Assembly (NCBI GenBank): GCA_976551045.1
Contig: CDPCPM010000010.1
Span: 37,324,001-37,388,000 of the forward strand
Length of the DNA stretch: 64,000 nucleotides
DNA from: Glaucostegus cemiculus
Taxonomy: Eukaryota
Direction of reading: 5' to 3'
Shown: positions 1-12,826 of the stretch, piece by piece
Layout: each line of letters starts with the position of its first letter
Position numbering within the stretch: position 1 is the first letter of the stretch
The notes under the pieces: model-generated
What the model saw: only the letters and a program-made list of their open reading frames with translations
Told to the model about the DNA's origin: nothing
Databases searched by the model: none
Program-made: the position numbers and the translations under genes

Positions 1-624
1 AGTATGTATTCTGCTGAAAGGTCTCAGAGCATATGAATACAGGCATTATTCCAGAGCATGCTGATGCAATATAAAAATTACTTAAATTTTGTAAGTTGCC
101 ATTCACACTTGTGTTTTTCAGAAGGCCTGTAACATTGTTGGGGTGAATAATCCATTTTTCATTTGACACTCTAACATAAATGATTTTGCAGCCCAAAATC
201 AACAGTGGCTGATTTGAAAAAGACCAGTTCAATTATATGAGGGAGTAAAATTTCAGTTCATTGCATTTGCTGTTAGGATGGTGCTCAATTATCCATTTGG
301 ATCATAAATCAGACAAGTGTGCTCCTGATGGGACAGATCAGCACATTCAGCCATTTCAAATGGTACTTCATCTCCAGAAAGACTCTGTTACATTATCACT
401 TATACCCAAGACACCTTCTTCTGTTGGTTGTACTTCCCCTGGGATTTCAAGGTTGACTTCTGGAACCAGTAGAGATTTCATGCTGTTGCCAGGCATTCTA
501 CCCCTTTTATTCAGAAGCATGAATCTATCAACCAAATTGGTTGTCTAGGTGAATTCCTCAGTGTCAGAGGTGACCAGGCAACTCTAAGCTGCCAAATATT
601 CTAATAATCTTAAAGTCACAAAGT

Positions 625-1155
625 CAAAGAATCATACAGCACAGAAACAGGTCCTTCAGCCCACTGCATCCATGCAGGCCTCTTTGGCCATCTATACTAA
701 TCACATTTATCCACATGAGGTCTGCATCTTTCTCAGCCTTGCCTATACAAGTCTCTTAATGTCTGAATGCCTCCTAAACATATTGATTATTTCTGATCCA
801 TTCACCTCCTCTGACATCACATTCCAGATATCAACCACTCTCTGTAAAAAAAACCTCTCCCTTCAGATCCTTATGGAAAGTCACTTTATACCCTTCTGTT
901 TTTAGTAAGCTTTCCATGGTAAAGGATTCTGGCCATCTACCCCATCTCTGCCTTTTATATTTTCATATAGCATGATCATGTCACCCCTCAGTCACCGTCT
1001 TTCCAGGGAAGTTAAGTCCAACCTTTCCAAAATATACCTAAAACTAAAGTCCTCCAATCCAGGCAACATCCTCATGAATCTCTCAGGACTCTCTCCAGCA
1101 CAACCACATTCTTCCTATCATGTGGTGATCAGAACTGTACACAATACTCTAAGTT
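625..1155 (-). mobile_element. Degenerate CR1-type LINE 3' fragment
   Basis: Minus strand at ~1124-1153 reads L-E-Y-C-V-Q-F-*-S-P, matching the CR1 ORF2 C-terminal LEYCVQFWSP motif; tail-like sequence at ~630-670. Confidence 0.7.
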
Positions 1156-2153
1156 ACTTCTTATAATAAAACAAACCACAATATCCTGCCTTACTACTTT
1201 TGAAACGTAATATATATTTGTTCCAAGATAAACCCCAACTCTTCTAACTTTTAGTACAATTCAACACCAACACAATAACCATAAATATAATAATCCATGG
1301 CAAGATAGCTAGAAATAATGTAGGTTTTGAATCCAATAAATGCTGCAGCTCCTTAACTATGCTCACGTCAACTCCCTTATGTATGTTTTCTTTCATGAAA
1401 ATATTTTGTACTTGAATCAAATCAATCAGTAATTTCTTTAAACTTGGTTTTACTGTGCCTTGGCTGTCCAATCTACTTTTCATGGAGATAAACCAAAATC
1501 TTTGACTTGCTATGTTAATATTATTTTACTATTCTTACTATTTAAATTAAAATCAAAAAACTTTATTTTAATTCAAGGGTGGAATGATTACTTGGCATCA
1601 GGTGAGATTCACAAACTACCTTTCCAAACACTTAATGTTGTCAAACCTGATGCACCCAGAAGTTTTCCCAAATAAACATTGAAATTGTTCATTTTATGGA
1701 CTTCAGTTTCAGTTGCCCTCTTGACAACTGTGCATCAGTAAGTGAAGTTTCTTCAAAAAAGGACTGCCTCACGTACGCACGCTGCGCAGTCCATACGACA
1801 CAATCTATGCAAAGGAAGATGAATTATATTCCTAAACATTAGAACAGTAACTTACACTCGTGGACCTGCCCACAGAGAAGGGCTGATTATTTTAATCACG
1901 CTACGCACAGAAGTTCTGCTGCATAATTGCTGACATTGAGAGAATCGGAAAATAAGAACAGATCAAATAATAGTTCTGGAGGATGTTTCTACACAGTATG
2001 CCTCACCTCAGCAGAAACAGTGGTTCTATCATTTACATCATTTGAAGTTTGAGTTATGGTTTGGCCACATTAAGGCCACTGGGGACGCGGTTGCCCTTTG
2101 AGGTTGGATTTTGGATCTTGCAATAAATGTCGCCAACTTTATGAGGAACGTAC

Positions 2154-4466
2154 CTCGTAACAAAAATTCTGGGACAGCGGATCACGGCCAAACACTTCAA
2201 CATAATTCGGGGGGATCTGAAGGTTTACACTGGCTTTTTGTATTCCATTAAGAGAATGTGTTGAGCTCATGCAACCACATGTGCCGAAAACGCAGCTGCG
2301 GCGGCTAAAAACGTTTCTGCTTCTGTGGACCTGAACAGCTAGGATAACTAAAATCACTAGGAAAACAGAGGAGATTGTTCCCAAAGCTATGACCAAGTAA
2401 AGGCTTATGTCCGAAGGGAATCCGAGTTCTTCACTGAGGCCACTCAGTTCTGAGAGAAGTTCTGTGTCACTGCCCTCAAGTGTTAAGATTATATTAATTG
2501 TGGCCTTAAGTGGTGGGACCCCATTATCCTTTACCACAACTACTAAGCTTTGTTTAGTTGCATCTTCATTCACAACTCGACGGATTGTCCATATCTCTCC
2601 TGTGTCAGGCGCAATGGTGAAAAGACCAGGTTTCGTGACTTGGGCCAGTTGATAAGTAAGTCTTGCATTCTGCCCCGAATCTGAATCGACAGCAGATACC
2701 TTGGTCACCAGATAACCCGGTCCTGCTGATCTGGACAGTGTCTCCGCTGCTGTCGAACCGTGCTCAGGCCTTGGGGATACAATCACCGGGGCGTTATCAT
2801 TCTGATCCAAGATGACCACATTAATTGATACATTGGTGCTCAGCGGCAGCTCTCCGGCGTCCGTTGCTTGGACCTCAATCTGAAAGTTTTTCAATTCTTC
2901 GTAGTCAAAAGAACGCTCAGCGGATATTATACCATTATCTGAATTTATAGAAACATAACCAGATACTGGAGAACCACCGACCTGAGTCTTAAGAATAGAA
3001 TAAGACAGTTTAGAATTTTGATTTACATCTACATCAGAAGCTAGCACTGAGTAAATGGAACTGCCAATGACATTGTTCTCCGTCACATAGGCGGTGTACA
3101 ACTCCTGCGAGAAATGCGGAGGGTTGTCATTTACATCTGAGATCTTTAGCTGAATGGTTTTGTTCGTGGTAAGCGCGGGCAACCCTGCATCGCTGCACGA
3201 AATGGTGATCCCATATTGGGAAACCAATTCCCGATCCAGCAAATCTTTGGTGAGTAATCGATAGTAGTCCTCAAACGTCGAATCTAATCTGAAAGGAAGG
3301 CTGCTTGGAATCTGGCAGTGGGTTTCTCCATTCTCTTCCGTATCTGAGTCGGTCACACTGATTAAGGCTACCACAGTCCCTGGCGGGGCATTTTCGGCGA
3401 CTGAACTGGACAAAGAGGTGAAAGCCACCTGCGGAGCGTTATCGTTCACATCCACCAGTTCCACAAGCACATCGCAATGTACGGGCACAGAAAGGAAACC
3501 CCTGTCCTCAGCTTGTACACTAATCTCCAACTCTGTTCCCGTTTCAAAGTCCAGAGGTCTTTTCACTCTGATCTCGCCGGTGTTCGAGTCTACGCTGAAC
3601 AGTTCCCGCGCTTTGGCAGAAGCGTGGCGACTAAAGGAATACACTATCTCTCCATTGGAACCTTCGTCAACATCGGTAGCGTTGACTTTGATCACCAGCG
3701 TTCCTAAGGGCACATCTTCCAACAGACGGACTCTGTAAAGCGCCTGGCTAAAAGTGGGCACATTATCATTGGCATCCAGGATGCGGATAATAATCTGTGC
3801 GGTGCCCGACCGTTCAGGAATGCCTCCGTCAAGAGCCGTCAGCAGCAACTGCAGAGTGGACTGATGCTCCCTATCAGGGGTTCTTTCTATTACCAGAACC
3901 GGGAGCTTACTATCCCCACTGCGAGACTGTACATCCAGCACGAAATATTGATTTGTAGCCAATCGGTAGGTCTGCAGCGAGTTGGTGCCGACGTCCGGAT
4001 CATACGCAGACTCCAATGGGAAGCGGGATCCAGGGGCTGCCAACTCGGATATTTCCAAACAGAATTCATTCTTTGGGAATTGGGGAGCGTTGTCATTTAT
4101 ATCCAGAATCTCCACCTCGATGTGATACACATTCAGAGGGTCGTCAATGACGGTCTCCAAAGTCAAGGCGCAACTGGGAGCTGAACCACAGATCTGTTCT
4201 CTGTCAATTTTATGGTTCACAAGTAAAGCCCCTTTGTCTAGTTTCACATAGAGATACTGTTTTCTGGGACTGGGCATAATCCGAAAATTCCGAGCCGAGA
4301 GCTGCTCCGCATCTAAACCCAAGTCAGCTGCGATATTCCCAACAAAGGCGCCCAGCTGCAATTCTTCGGGAATCGAATAACGTATCTGTCCAGAAACCAG
4401 ATTCCAGGAAAGCACTAAACACAACAGTGGCCATTTTAACAACCAATATATTTTGTACAATCCCAT
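2154..4466 (-). CDS. Clustered protocadherin variable exon V1 (3' end disrupted; see findings)
   Basis: Signal peptide, six EC repeats (DxNDN, DRE/DYE, AxDxG motifs), TM, IPPNYVEVF tail. First ATG is at 4466 (the ORF track starts at a GTG). ORF stops at 2139-2141. Candidate in-phase donor GAG|GTACGT at 2154|2153; canonical-position donor GAG|GTGAGG at 2007|2006 lies beyond two in-frame TAA. Confidence 0.85.
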
Positions 4467-4705
4467 TTCAAGCACAACGCATTCCCGAATGTTTCAGCAC
4501 GTCACGGCGCTGCTCATTTGTTCACTGGAATAAAGTGGTTATTACGTTTTAAAATCCCAGTTAAGGCACTCCATTATAAGAAAATACCTGCAGTTGTGAA
4601 AAATCTTCGAGATTTTGTATTTGCAGTCAAATCTTCCCAAATCTTGTAAAATTACAATTCTGATACAATCTCAGGCAGCTCGCTATCCGGTCTCATATTG
4701 CATTG

Positions 4706-4881
4706 GATCAGATGTGATGGCGGAGAGGCAGGGAAAAGGGCCGTCAGGATCTCCAGTCACCATTCAGCTTCTGATTGGTGAGTGGAGCGGCATTCGCCTT
4801 CAGCCAATCACAAGAGACCTAACTTCTTAAAGCTGGCACACTCTATCGGGCTTTGAAAAGCAATATTTATAGTTGCGCAAT
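4706..4881 (-). promoter_or_regulatory. Conserved promoter module of V1
   Basis: Read on +: GATGGCGG 4716, ATTGG 4774, CCAAT 4804, TTCTTAAAGC 4824, TATTTATAGTTGCGCAAT 4864. Same block order upstream of all 13 exons. Confidence 0.8.
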
Positions 4882-5594
4882 CTAAATTTGAACCTGCCTC
4901 CATTATTACGCGTTCAGAGATTTAAATATCCCACTCAAATACTTTTCAAGAGGGTTTCCGGAAGGAGGAATTAAAGACCATATATTAATGCTTTACTTGT
5001 AAAATGATTACATGTTTCCCTGAAAGTCAGTTCGCCCAATTGAACTGCTTCAATATTCTTCTATATTACATTCACCTGTCTATTTCAGGTAGTTTTGATA
5101 CTCTCACTGACCTCTGAACCGTGATATTATCAACATAGATGATCAGCAAGAAATCAGTTACAAAACACGATTGTCACGATATTACCAGGATTATGTTTAC
5201 ATTCAGTGCAGCTATATATGCACCATATTCTTCAAACAATACTATGAAAGGTTAGTGTGTTGATGGCTGGGTATTATTTAACATATATCATAGATTCATT
5301 GAGATGCTCTAGGATTATTTTCCCTGTATTTGTCATGTTTTAAATTGGCTGAAACATCCTTCAGCGACGACAATGCCTGAATCATAAATAACGCCTAACA
5401 CCTTCAAAAAGAATCGCCACAGACTACTTAGATAGTGTAAATAAAAGTAAAATGCTTTGTGGTTATGAGTTGTAGATATCACACGGAACTTCAGATCAGC
5501 AAACAGAAAATGTCAGCAATATGTTCTACTGCAAATAGATGCAACCATATCAAACTTGTGAGGTATCTATTTCCCTTCTTAAGGAACACCTCAC

Positions 5595-8069
5595 CTCAGT
5601 ATTTACAGAGTTTCTACAATTTTCAGGAGCCTGGGAGTGCAGATATTTGCATTTCTCATTAGGCCCACCCCCGCCTTTATTTGTCACTGCAGATGAACTA
5701 CACGTATTGGGAAACGGGTAATCTCTCTTGGTAGAACCTATAGTTGAATTGGTTCCATAGCGAAAGCTTTGAGAAAGCGGATCGCCACCGAATACCTCCA
5801 CATAATTCGGAGGTATCTGAATGTTTCTGCTTGCTTTCTGAATCCCATTGAGAGAGTGTCTTGATTTATAACAGCAGCAGATGTCCCCGTAACAACTGTA
5901 AGCACCAAACCCACTCCTGCTTTTATGGACCTTCACAGCGAGGATGATTAAGATCAGCAGAAGGATGGATGAAATTGCCCCCAAAGATATCACCAGGTAA
6001 AAACTCAACGCCGACTTGAAAGCCACCTCATCGTCCAGATCGGTGACACCAGAAAGCAGTTGGGCATCCCCATCGACCACCGACAAGCTGATGGTCATGG
6101 AAGCTGAAAGCGGCGGCGTTCCGTTGTCTTTTACCACAATCGTTAACTTTTGCTTTGCCGCATCCTTCGCCACCATGCGACGGATGGTCCACACTTCGCC
6201 CGTGTCCGGTGAAATGGTGAAAAGACCTGGGTCAGTCGCCTGGACAATCTGGTAAGAGAGGCGAGCATTCTGGCCCGAGTCAGCATCCATGGCAGACACT
6301 TTGGTAACCAGGTAACCTGGCTCCGCAGAGCGGGACATCGTTTCCGGGACGGTTGACCCACGTTCTGGTAGTGGGTGTAGAATCACTGGGGCATTGTCGT
6401 TCTGGTCAAGGATAACAACGTCCACCGAAACGTTGCTGGTGAGTGGTGGGATTCCGCTGTCCTGTGCTTGAACCTGGAACTGGAAGCTTTTGAGTTCCTC
6501 GTAGTCGAAACTTCTTTGAGGAAAAACGATTCCATTCTCCGAATTAATGTAGACATAGTTGGCTACAGACTCACTCTGGACCTGACTTCCCGGAATGGAA
6601 AATGATAGTTTACCATTCAGGTTCAAATCAGGATCTGTGGCTGTCACTGAGAGGACGGAGGCTCCGATGACGTTGTTCTCCATCACATAGGCTGTGTAAG
6701 AGGATTGGCTAAAACGAGGCGAGTTGTCATTGACATCTGAGATCTCGATCTGCATGGTTTTCTTGGAAGTCAGAGGAGTCGAGCCTGAGTCACGACAGAG
6801 TAAAGTGACGTCATACTTGTGGATGTTCTCCCGGTCCAACTGGTCTACGGTTAACAATTTGTAATAGTTTATTAAGGGCGAATTCAGTTTAAATGGAAGG
6901 TTATTTGGGATTTGACAATCAACCTCACCGTTTTTCCCAGAGTCTTTGTCTGCAGTACTAACCAGCGCTATCACAGTCCCCGGGGGAGAGTCTTCGCCAA
7001 TTGGACTGAACAAAGAGGTCACCGTCACCTCTGGAGCGTTATCATTCTCGTCAATAACATCCACATGAACACGGCAGTAGGCAGGTACTGGAGCGGAGCC
7101 TTTGTCCATTGCCTGAACATTGATCTCAAAGGCACTATTTACCTCATAGTCCAAATCCCCCTTCACTTTGATTTCCCCTGTTTTGGAATGCAGATCAAAC
7201 AGTTCACGTACTGTCGCCGAGGTGTGGCTTGTAAAGGAATACTCTATATCTCCATTTGAACCATCATCCAAGTCAGTCGCATTAAGCTTTATCACAAGTG
7301 TTCCTTTGGGCACATTTTCATTCAGGCTGACCCTATACACCGACTGAGAGAACACGGGAGAATTGTCGTTGGCATCCTGCACTGCGATTAGTATTTCAGC
7401 AGTGCTGGACCTCGGAGGGATCCCCCCATCCTCGGCAATTAGTTGTAACTTGTGAGTTGCTTCTTTCTCTCTATCCAGTGCCCTCTCCAGCGTTAGCACT
7501 GGCAGCTTCTCATTCCCACTGCGGGTCTCAATGTCGAGCGCGAAGTACTGATTTCCAACTAGGTGATAGTTTTGTAGGGAGTTTGTTCCCACGTCCGAAT
7601 CGTAAGCGCACTCAAGGGGGAAACGTGCACCCGGTGCCGCCACTTCAAAGATTTCTAAACGAAACTGAATCTTTGGAAAATTGGGAGCGTTGTCGTTTAT
7701 ATCCAAAACCTCCACTTCAATCCGATAGACATTCAAAGGATTTTCGATAACAGCTTCCATTGATAAAAGGCAAGTAAGACTCGACCCACAAAGCTGTTCT
7801 CTGTCAATATTTTCTTTCACAAACAAAATCCCATTGTCTAAATTTACGTCCAAATATTTTTTCCCGAGACCCGGCACGACGCGAAAATTTCGAGCTGAGA
7901 GTTCTTTCACATCCAAGCCCAAATCGTCTGCGATATTACCAACAAAGGCGCCAAGTTGCAATTCTTCGGGAATGGAATAACGAATTTGTCCCGAAACTAG
8001 ACCCCAGAAGGAGAATAGACAGTATAACAGATGCCATTTTCTTAAGCAATATATTCTACAATATCCCAT
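5595..8069 (-). CDS. Clustered protocadherin variable exon V2
   Basis: 839-aa ORF with signal peptide, 6 EC, TM and cytoplasmic segment; phase-0 donor GAG|GTGAGG at 5595|5594; read-through stop at 5550. Confidence 0.95.
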
Positions 8070-8306
8070 TTCCAGCGAAAATCATTTCAAATGCTTCAGC
8101 GCAGCCCTGATCCGTTCGCGAAACCGTCTTAATAAACGTCTTCCTATATAATTTTACAGAGCTTTCATTTATATAAAAATACCTGCACAATTTGAAAATC
8201 CAGACATTAACTAAGGCAGATGTTCCTATTTCTAAAATCATCCAAAGGTGCATGCTCAGATCGTAATATAGCATTACGCGGCTTGCTGTCCATTTTTGCA
8301 CTGTAG

Positions 8307-8469
8307 CTGATCTTACGTGATGGTGGATAGGGAGAGATCTCCAGCCAACTTCTGGCTTCTGATTGGCGAACGCCTACATTTCCGCATTCAACCAATCACT
8401 GCCCTAGCACTGCTTAAAGCTAGACCGGCCTTGAAAACTGCGTAAAAGCGGTATTTATAGTTGTACACT
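8307..8469 (-). promoter_or_regulatory. Conserved promoter module of V2
   Basis: ATTGG 8362, CCAAT 8392, TGCTTAAAGC 8411; the GGGCAGTC block is missing. Confidence 0.8.
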
Positions 8470-8689
8470 TAAAAACATTTACCCTCCTTTTCTTTCGACA
8501 TATTAAACGTATTCCTTCTGCAAAACATTCTAAGAGGAAAAATCAAAACTTGCTATAAATACGGCGACATATCTTGTTGCGTTTATTGTTATTTATCTTT
8601 AGATGGCAGAGCAACGTCTACTCCTTCAATAACGTCCATGACGCATCCAACATAAAACGCATTCCTGCTTCGTTTTGAAAATAAACCAA

Positions 8690-8875
8690 ACTGCAGAAGC
8701 TGAAAATCTGAAATAAAAACAGAAAATGTTGGAAACAGCAGTAACTCAGGAAGCATCTGTGCAAAGAGAAACAGATTTAACGCTTAAGGTCGAAGACCCT
8801 TGGTCAGATCTGATTTGTTTCCACAGATGCTGCCTGACCCGCTGACTGCTTCCAGCAGTTTATGTTTGCATTTCT
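8690..8875. mobile_element. Penelope-like element terminal relic (partly palindromic)
   Basis: CAGATGCTGCCTGACC..CTGCTTCCAGCA on + and its inverted counterpart (CAGGAAGCATCTGTG); same family as 22545-22792. Confidence 0.5.
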
Positions 8876-9212
8876 GGAGATTTTCTTTGTTAGAAAGCCG
8901 AACAGCAACCTATCATTATACTGTCATAAAATATTGGTATGTTGGCTGTACTCGTGGATTTCATTACAATCTGCTATATCCATACAACTTACAATAATTT
9001 TTAAGTGGCACAATTACAGCAACCCCAAATATACTGGGTGCCACATAAATGAAAAAACAAAATGATGAATTCATTGAGCCTGGTCGATAGATGATGATCA
9101 GGAAAAGTCCAAAATAGATGGGAATCACAGCTTTTCATTTCCACCGGTTGAGATCTTGACGTGTATCCAAATCAAACGTGCAGTTCCCCTCACCTTTGGA
9201 AACGCTTCTCAC

Positions 9213-11657
9213 CTCACTATAGTCGGTGTTTCTGCAGCTTGCAGAGTTTGATACTGGTGGAATCTCTTCATTCCCAACAGGGTAGACACTGCCGTTATTC
9301 TTGCCTGCAGGTGAGCCGCACGTGTTGCGGAACATGAAGTCTCCCTTGATAGTGTGTGTAGTGGAGCACGTATCATAGCGGAAACTCTGAGAAAGTGGGT
9401 CGCCCCCGAACACTTCAACATAGTTTGGGGGTATCTGAAGACTCCGACTCGTCTTTTGACTCCTTGCCACAAAACAGCAAGAGTTACAATCATCAAAACC
9501 CCGTCTGTTTCTGTGAACTTTAATGGCGAGCACAACCAAAATTGCGAGAAAGGCCAAAGAAATTAATCCCAAGGCTATAACCAAATAAAACCTCGTGTCC
9601 GGAGCCAAAACTGCTTCTTCAGATAAACTGTCCACCTCAGATAACAATTCTGATTTACTCTGTTCCAAGGAGATAATGATGGTTATTGTAGCTGAAAGTG
9701 TTGGCTCCCCGTTGTCTTTTACAACAACGACCAAACGTTGCTTCCTTAGATCTGTGTCCAGGACGCCACGGATTGTCCATATATCCCCCGAGTCTGAGGA
9801 AATTGTAAAAAGTCCAGAGTCTGTAGCTTTGAAAATCTGATAAGTAAGGCGAGCATTCTGGCCAGAGTCTGCGTCGGTTGCGGATACTTTGGCGACAAGG
9901 TAACCGGGCTCAGCGAACCTCGACACAGTCTCCGTCACCGTAGAGCCATATTCTGGCAGTGGATGAATGATGACTGGGGCATTGTCATTTTGATCGAGGA
10001 TAATGACATCTACTGAAACGTTGCTGCTCAGTGATACAGACCCAGAGTCTTGTGCTCGGACACAGATCTGAAAGTTTACAAGTTGTTCGTAGTCAAATGA
10101 CTTCTGAGCGTAGATGACACCAGTTTCCGCATTAATATTCACGTAAGCGGATACTGGCAAGACCTGATCCCATGTTTCCAAGATAGAGTAAGACAACTGA
10201 GAGTTCTGGTCTACATCCGGATCAATGGCAGTCACTGAGAAGATAGAAGACCCAATAACATTGTTCTCCGTTACGTAGGCTGTGTATGAAGATTGCGTAA
10301 AACGCGGTGCGTTATCATTTACATCGGAAATCTCCACCTGGATGGATTTCTTGGATGTGATAGGGGGAGTTCCGCTATCACTGCATACGATTGTAACATC
10401 GTAATTTGAGATACTTTCGCGATCCAGCCGTTGCTCCGTTAGTAATCTGTAATAGTTCGTCAAAGAGGAATCCAGTTTGAAAGCAGAACTACTTAAGACT
10501 TGGCAATGTACCTGCCCGTTATCTCCTGAGTCTTGGTCATTCACGTTAAACAGGGCGACAACTGTCCCGGGCAAGGCGTCCTCACTGACAGGACTGAATA
10601 TAGAAGTCAATGTCACCTCCGGTGCGTTGTCGTTGATGTCAATAACGTCCACCAACACTTCACAATGTACAGGAGTTGCATAAGGCCCCTTGTCCGTCGC
10701 TTGTACGTTGACCTCAAAAACATCGTTTTCCTCGTAGTCCAAATTCCCTTTGACCCTGATTTCGCCGCTTCTGGAGTCCACACTGAACATCTCACGGACT
10801 CTGTTGGAGGCATGGCTACTGAAGGAGTACACAATCTCCCCATTGCTGCCATCATCTAAATCAGTAGCATTTAGTTTGATTACCAGTGTACCTTTGGGTG
10901 TATTTTCCAGCAGCCTCGTCCTATATTCCGATTGCTGGAACACCGGCGCGTTGTCGTTCGCGTCCAGCACTGTGACAATTATTTGCGCCGTCCCAGATTT
11001 TTCAGGGATGCCTCCGTCCTTGGCAATCAGGACTAACTTGTGGATACTTTGCTTTTCCTTGTCTAGTAGTCTTTGCAACACTAACACTGGCAACTTGCCA
11101 TCTCCACGGCGTGACTGCACGTCTATCGTGAAATACTCGTTGTCGTTCAGCTGGTATGTCTGTACAGAGTTGACTCCGGCATCTGGGTCATGCGCAGACT
11201 CGAGGGCAAAGCGCGCACCTTGTGCCACAACTTCTGAGATTTCCAAGCGGAATTGGGTTTGGGGAAAGCTGGGGGCGTTGTCATTTACATCCAGAATTTC
11301 CACTTGAAAGTGATACACGGTTAGCGGATCTTCGATCACGGCCTCTAAGAACAATGTACACGCGGGGTTCGACCCGCAGAGCTGTTCCCTGTCAATTTTC
11401 CCCTTTACATAAAGAACTCCATTGTCCAAATTTACATCAAGATACTGCTTCCTGGGTTTAGACACAATCCGAAAACTGCGGGCAGCCAGCTCCTTCACGT
11501 CTAAATCCAAATCGTCTGCGATATTCCCAACAAAAGCACCCAGTTGCAGCTCTTCAGGAATTGAATAGCGAATCTGTCCCGAAACCAGACCCCAGGATGA
11601 TAACACAAAGTAAAAAAGTGACCATTTTAACAGCCAATATGTTTTAGAATCTCCCAT
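9213..11657 (-). CDS. Clustered protocadherin variable exon V3
   Basis: 6 EC plus TM; first in-frame ATG at 11657 (track start 11678 is TTG); donor GAG|GTGAGA at 9213|9212. Confidence 0.95.
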
Positions 11658-11901
11658 CTCCTGCACAAAGCATTGCAATTACTTCAGCGCGACACGCCAT
11701 TCACCGATTTTCTTGAATAAGATTCTACAAATGCCAGTTTTAAAGATAAAAGAGGCAATGTTGCATAAAGTACCTGTATTTTTCAAAGGTTATTGATATT
11801 TTTCTCGAACCCTTTTCATTTCAATTAAAATATCCAGTGCTTTCGAATACAAAACCCGTTCCAGCGTTATGCGGCTCGCTATGCGGAGTTTGACACTGTA
11901 T

Positions 11902-12074
11902 CTGATCATACGTAATGGAGGCTGGGAGGGAAGGGGGCAGTCAAGATCTCCAGACACATTTCAGCTTCTCATTGGTGAACTGACGTTCAGCCAATCATCT
12001 GGCAGAATATTTCTTAAAGCTGGAATGTCTCTGTTAACCTCCGTGTCACAATTACATTTTTTTTAGTGTACAAT
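11902..12074 (-). promoter_or_regulatory. Conserved promoter module of V3
   Basis: ATTGG 11971, CCAAT 11991, TTCTTAAAGC 12011. Confidence 0.8.
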
Positions 12075-12826
12075 ATAAATTACTTGCACTGTTTTCTGTA
12101 TTGGTTTGGCAGTTTCCTTTTTTGTGCTAACTTGTGGTGGGTTTTCTAAGCGCTACTACTTTTCAACCCATTAAAAAGAGCCTATTTTATGTAATTTTGC
12201 AGGTATCTAATCCTTGATATGCATGGTTTCATGCCATTTCAAAACAGATAACCAACACTTAATTTTGTTATTTCTAATGCTTAATCCCCAATTCAGTCCA
12301 TGACATTATACAAGCAGTTGACTGTTGATCTGAGCTATTTGAGTAAGACATGCCATTTCACAAAGTTTCCGTTAAAAAAAAACAATCCAGTACCAAACCT
12401 CATGACATCAGCATCATGAGGAGGGCAATGACACTCATTTCTTTTAATCTCCAATGCTCAGTGAACAACCAGTGCAAGCATATTTGGTGTTTTCTTTTTA
12501 CCATGAAAATATAGCTGACAATATATCCAGCACTATTTTTCTGCAATTGTGCTTTATCTGTACATTTTTAATGGTAATATTTTCCGACTCCCACATACAA
12601 CGAAATGTTAAAACAATATAAACGCACCAAAAGGCAAACGATTGATTAGCAGAGGAGCTGATCCAGAAATAGCGACTGGAAATGCAGATCACAGAGTGAT
12701 CTGATATGACCGATTCACAGGTATTGCCTAAATCCGATCTTCGTGATCTAAATGTTTTCAGTAATCATTTGTACTTCCAATTGAAACCCATGAGGTGTTC
12801 TTTTCGCCATCGAATAACAACCTCAC

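Noticed and set aside
1761-1792. Small CpG-rich hairpin GGACTGC..GCAGTCC
   Set aside because: Single 7-bp stem, compatible with chance.
1-2000. Pcdh constant exons
   Set aside because: No DWR-type constant-domain peptide or convincing exon found by eye; they are probably outside the window.
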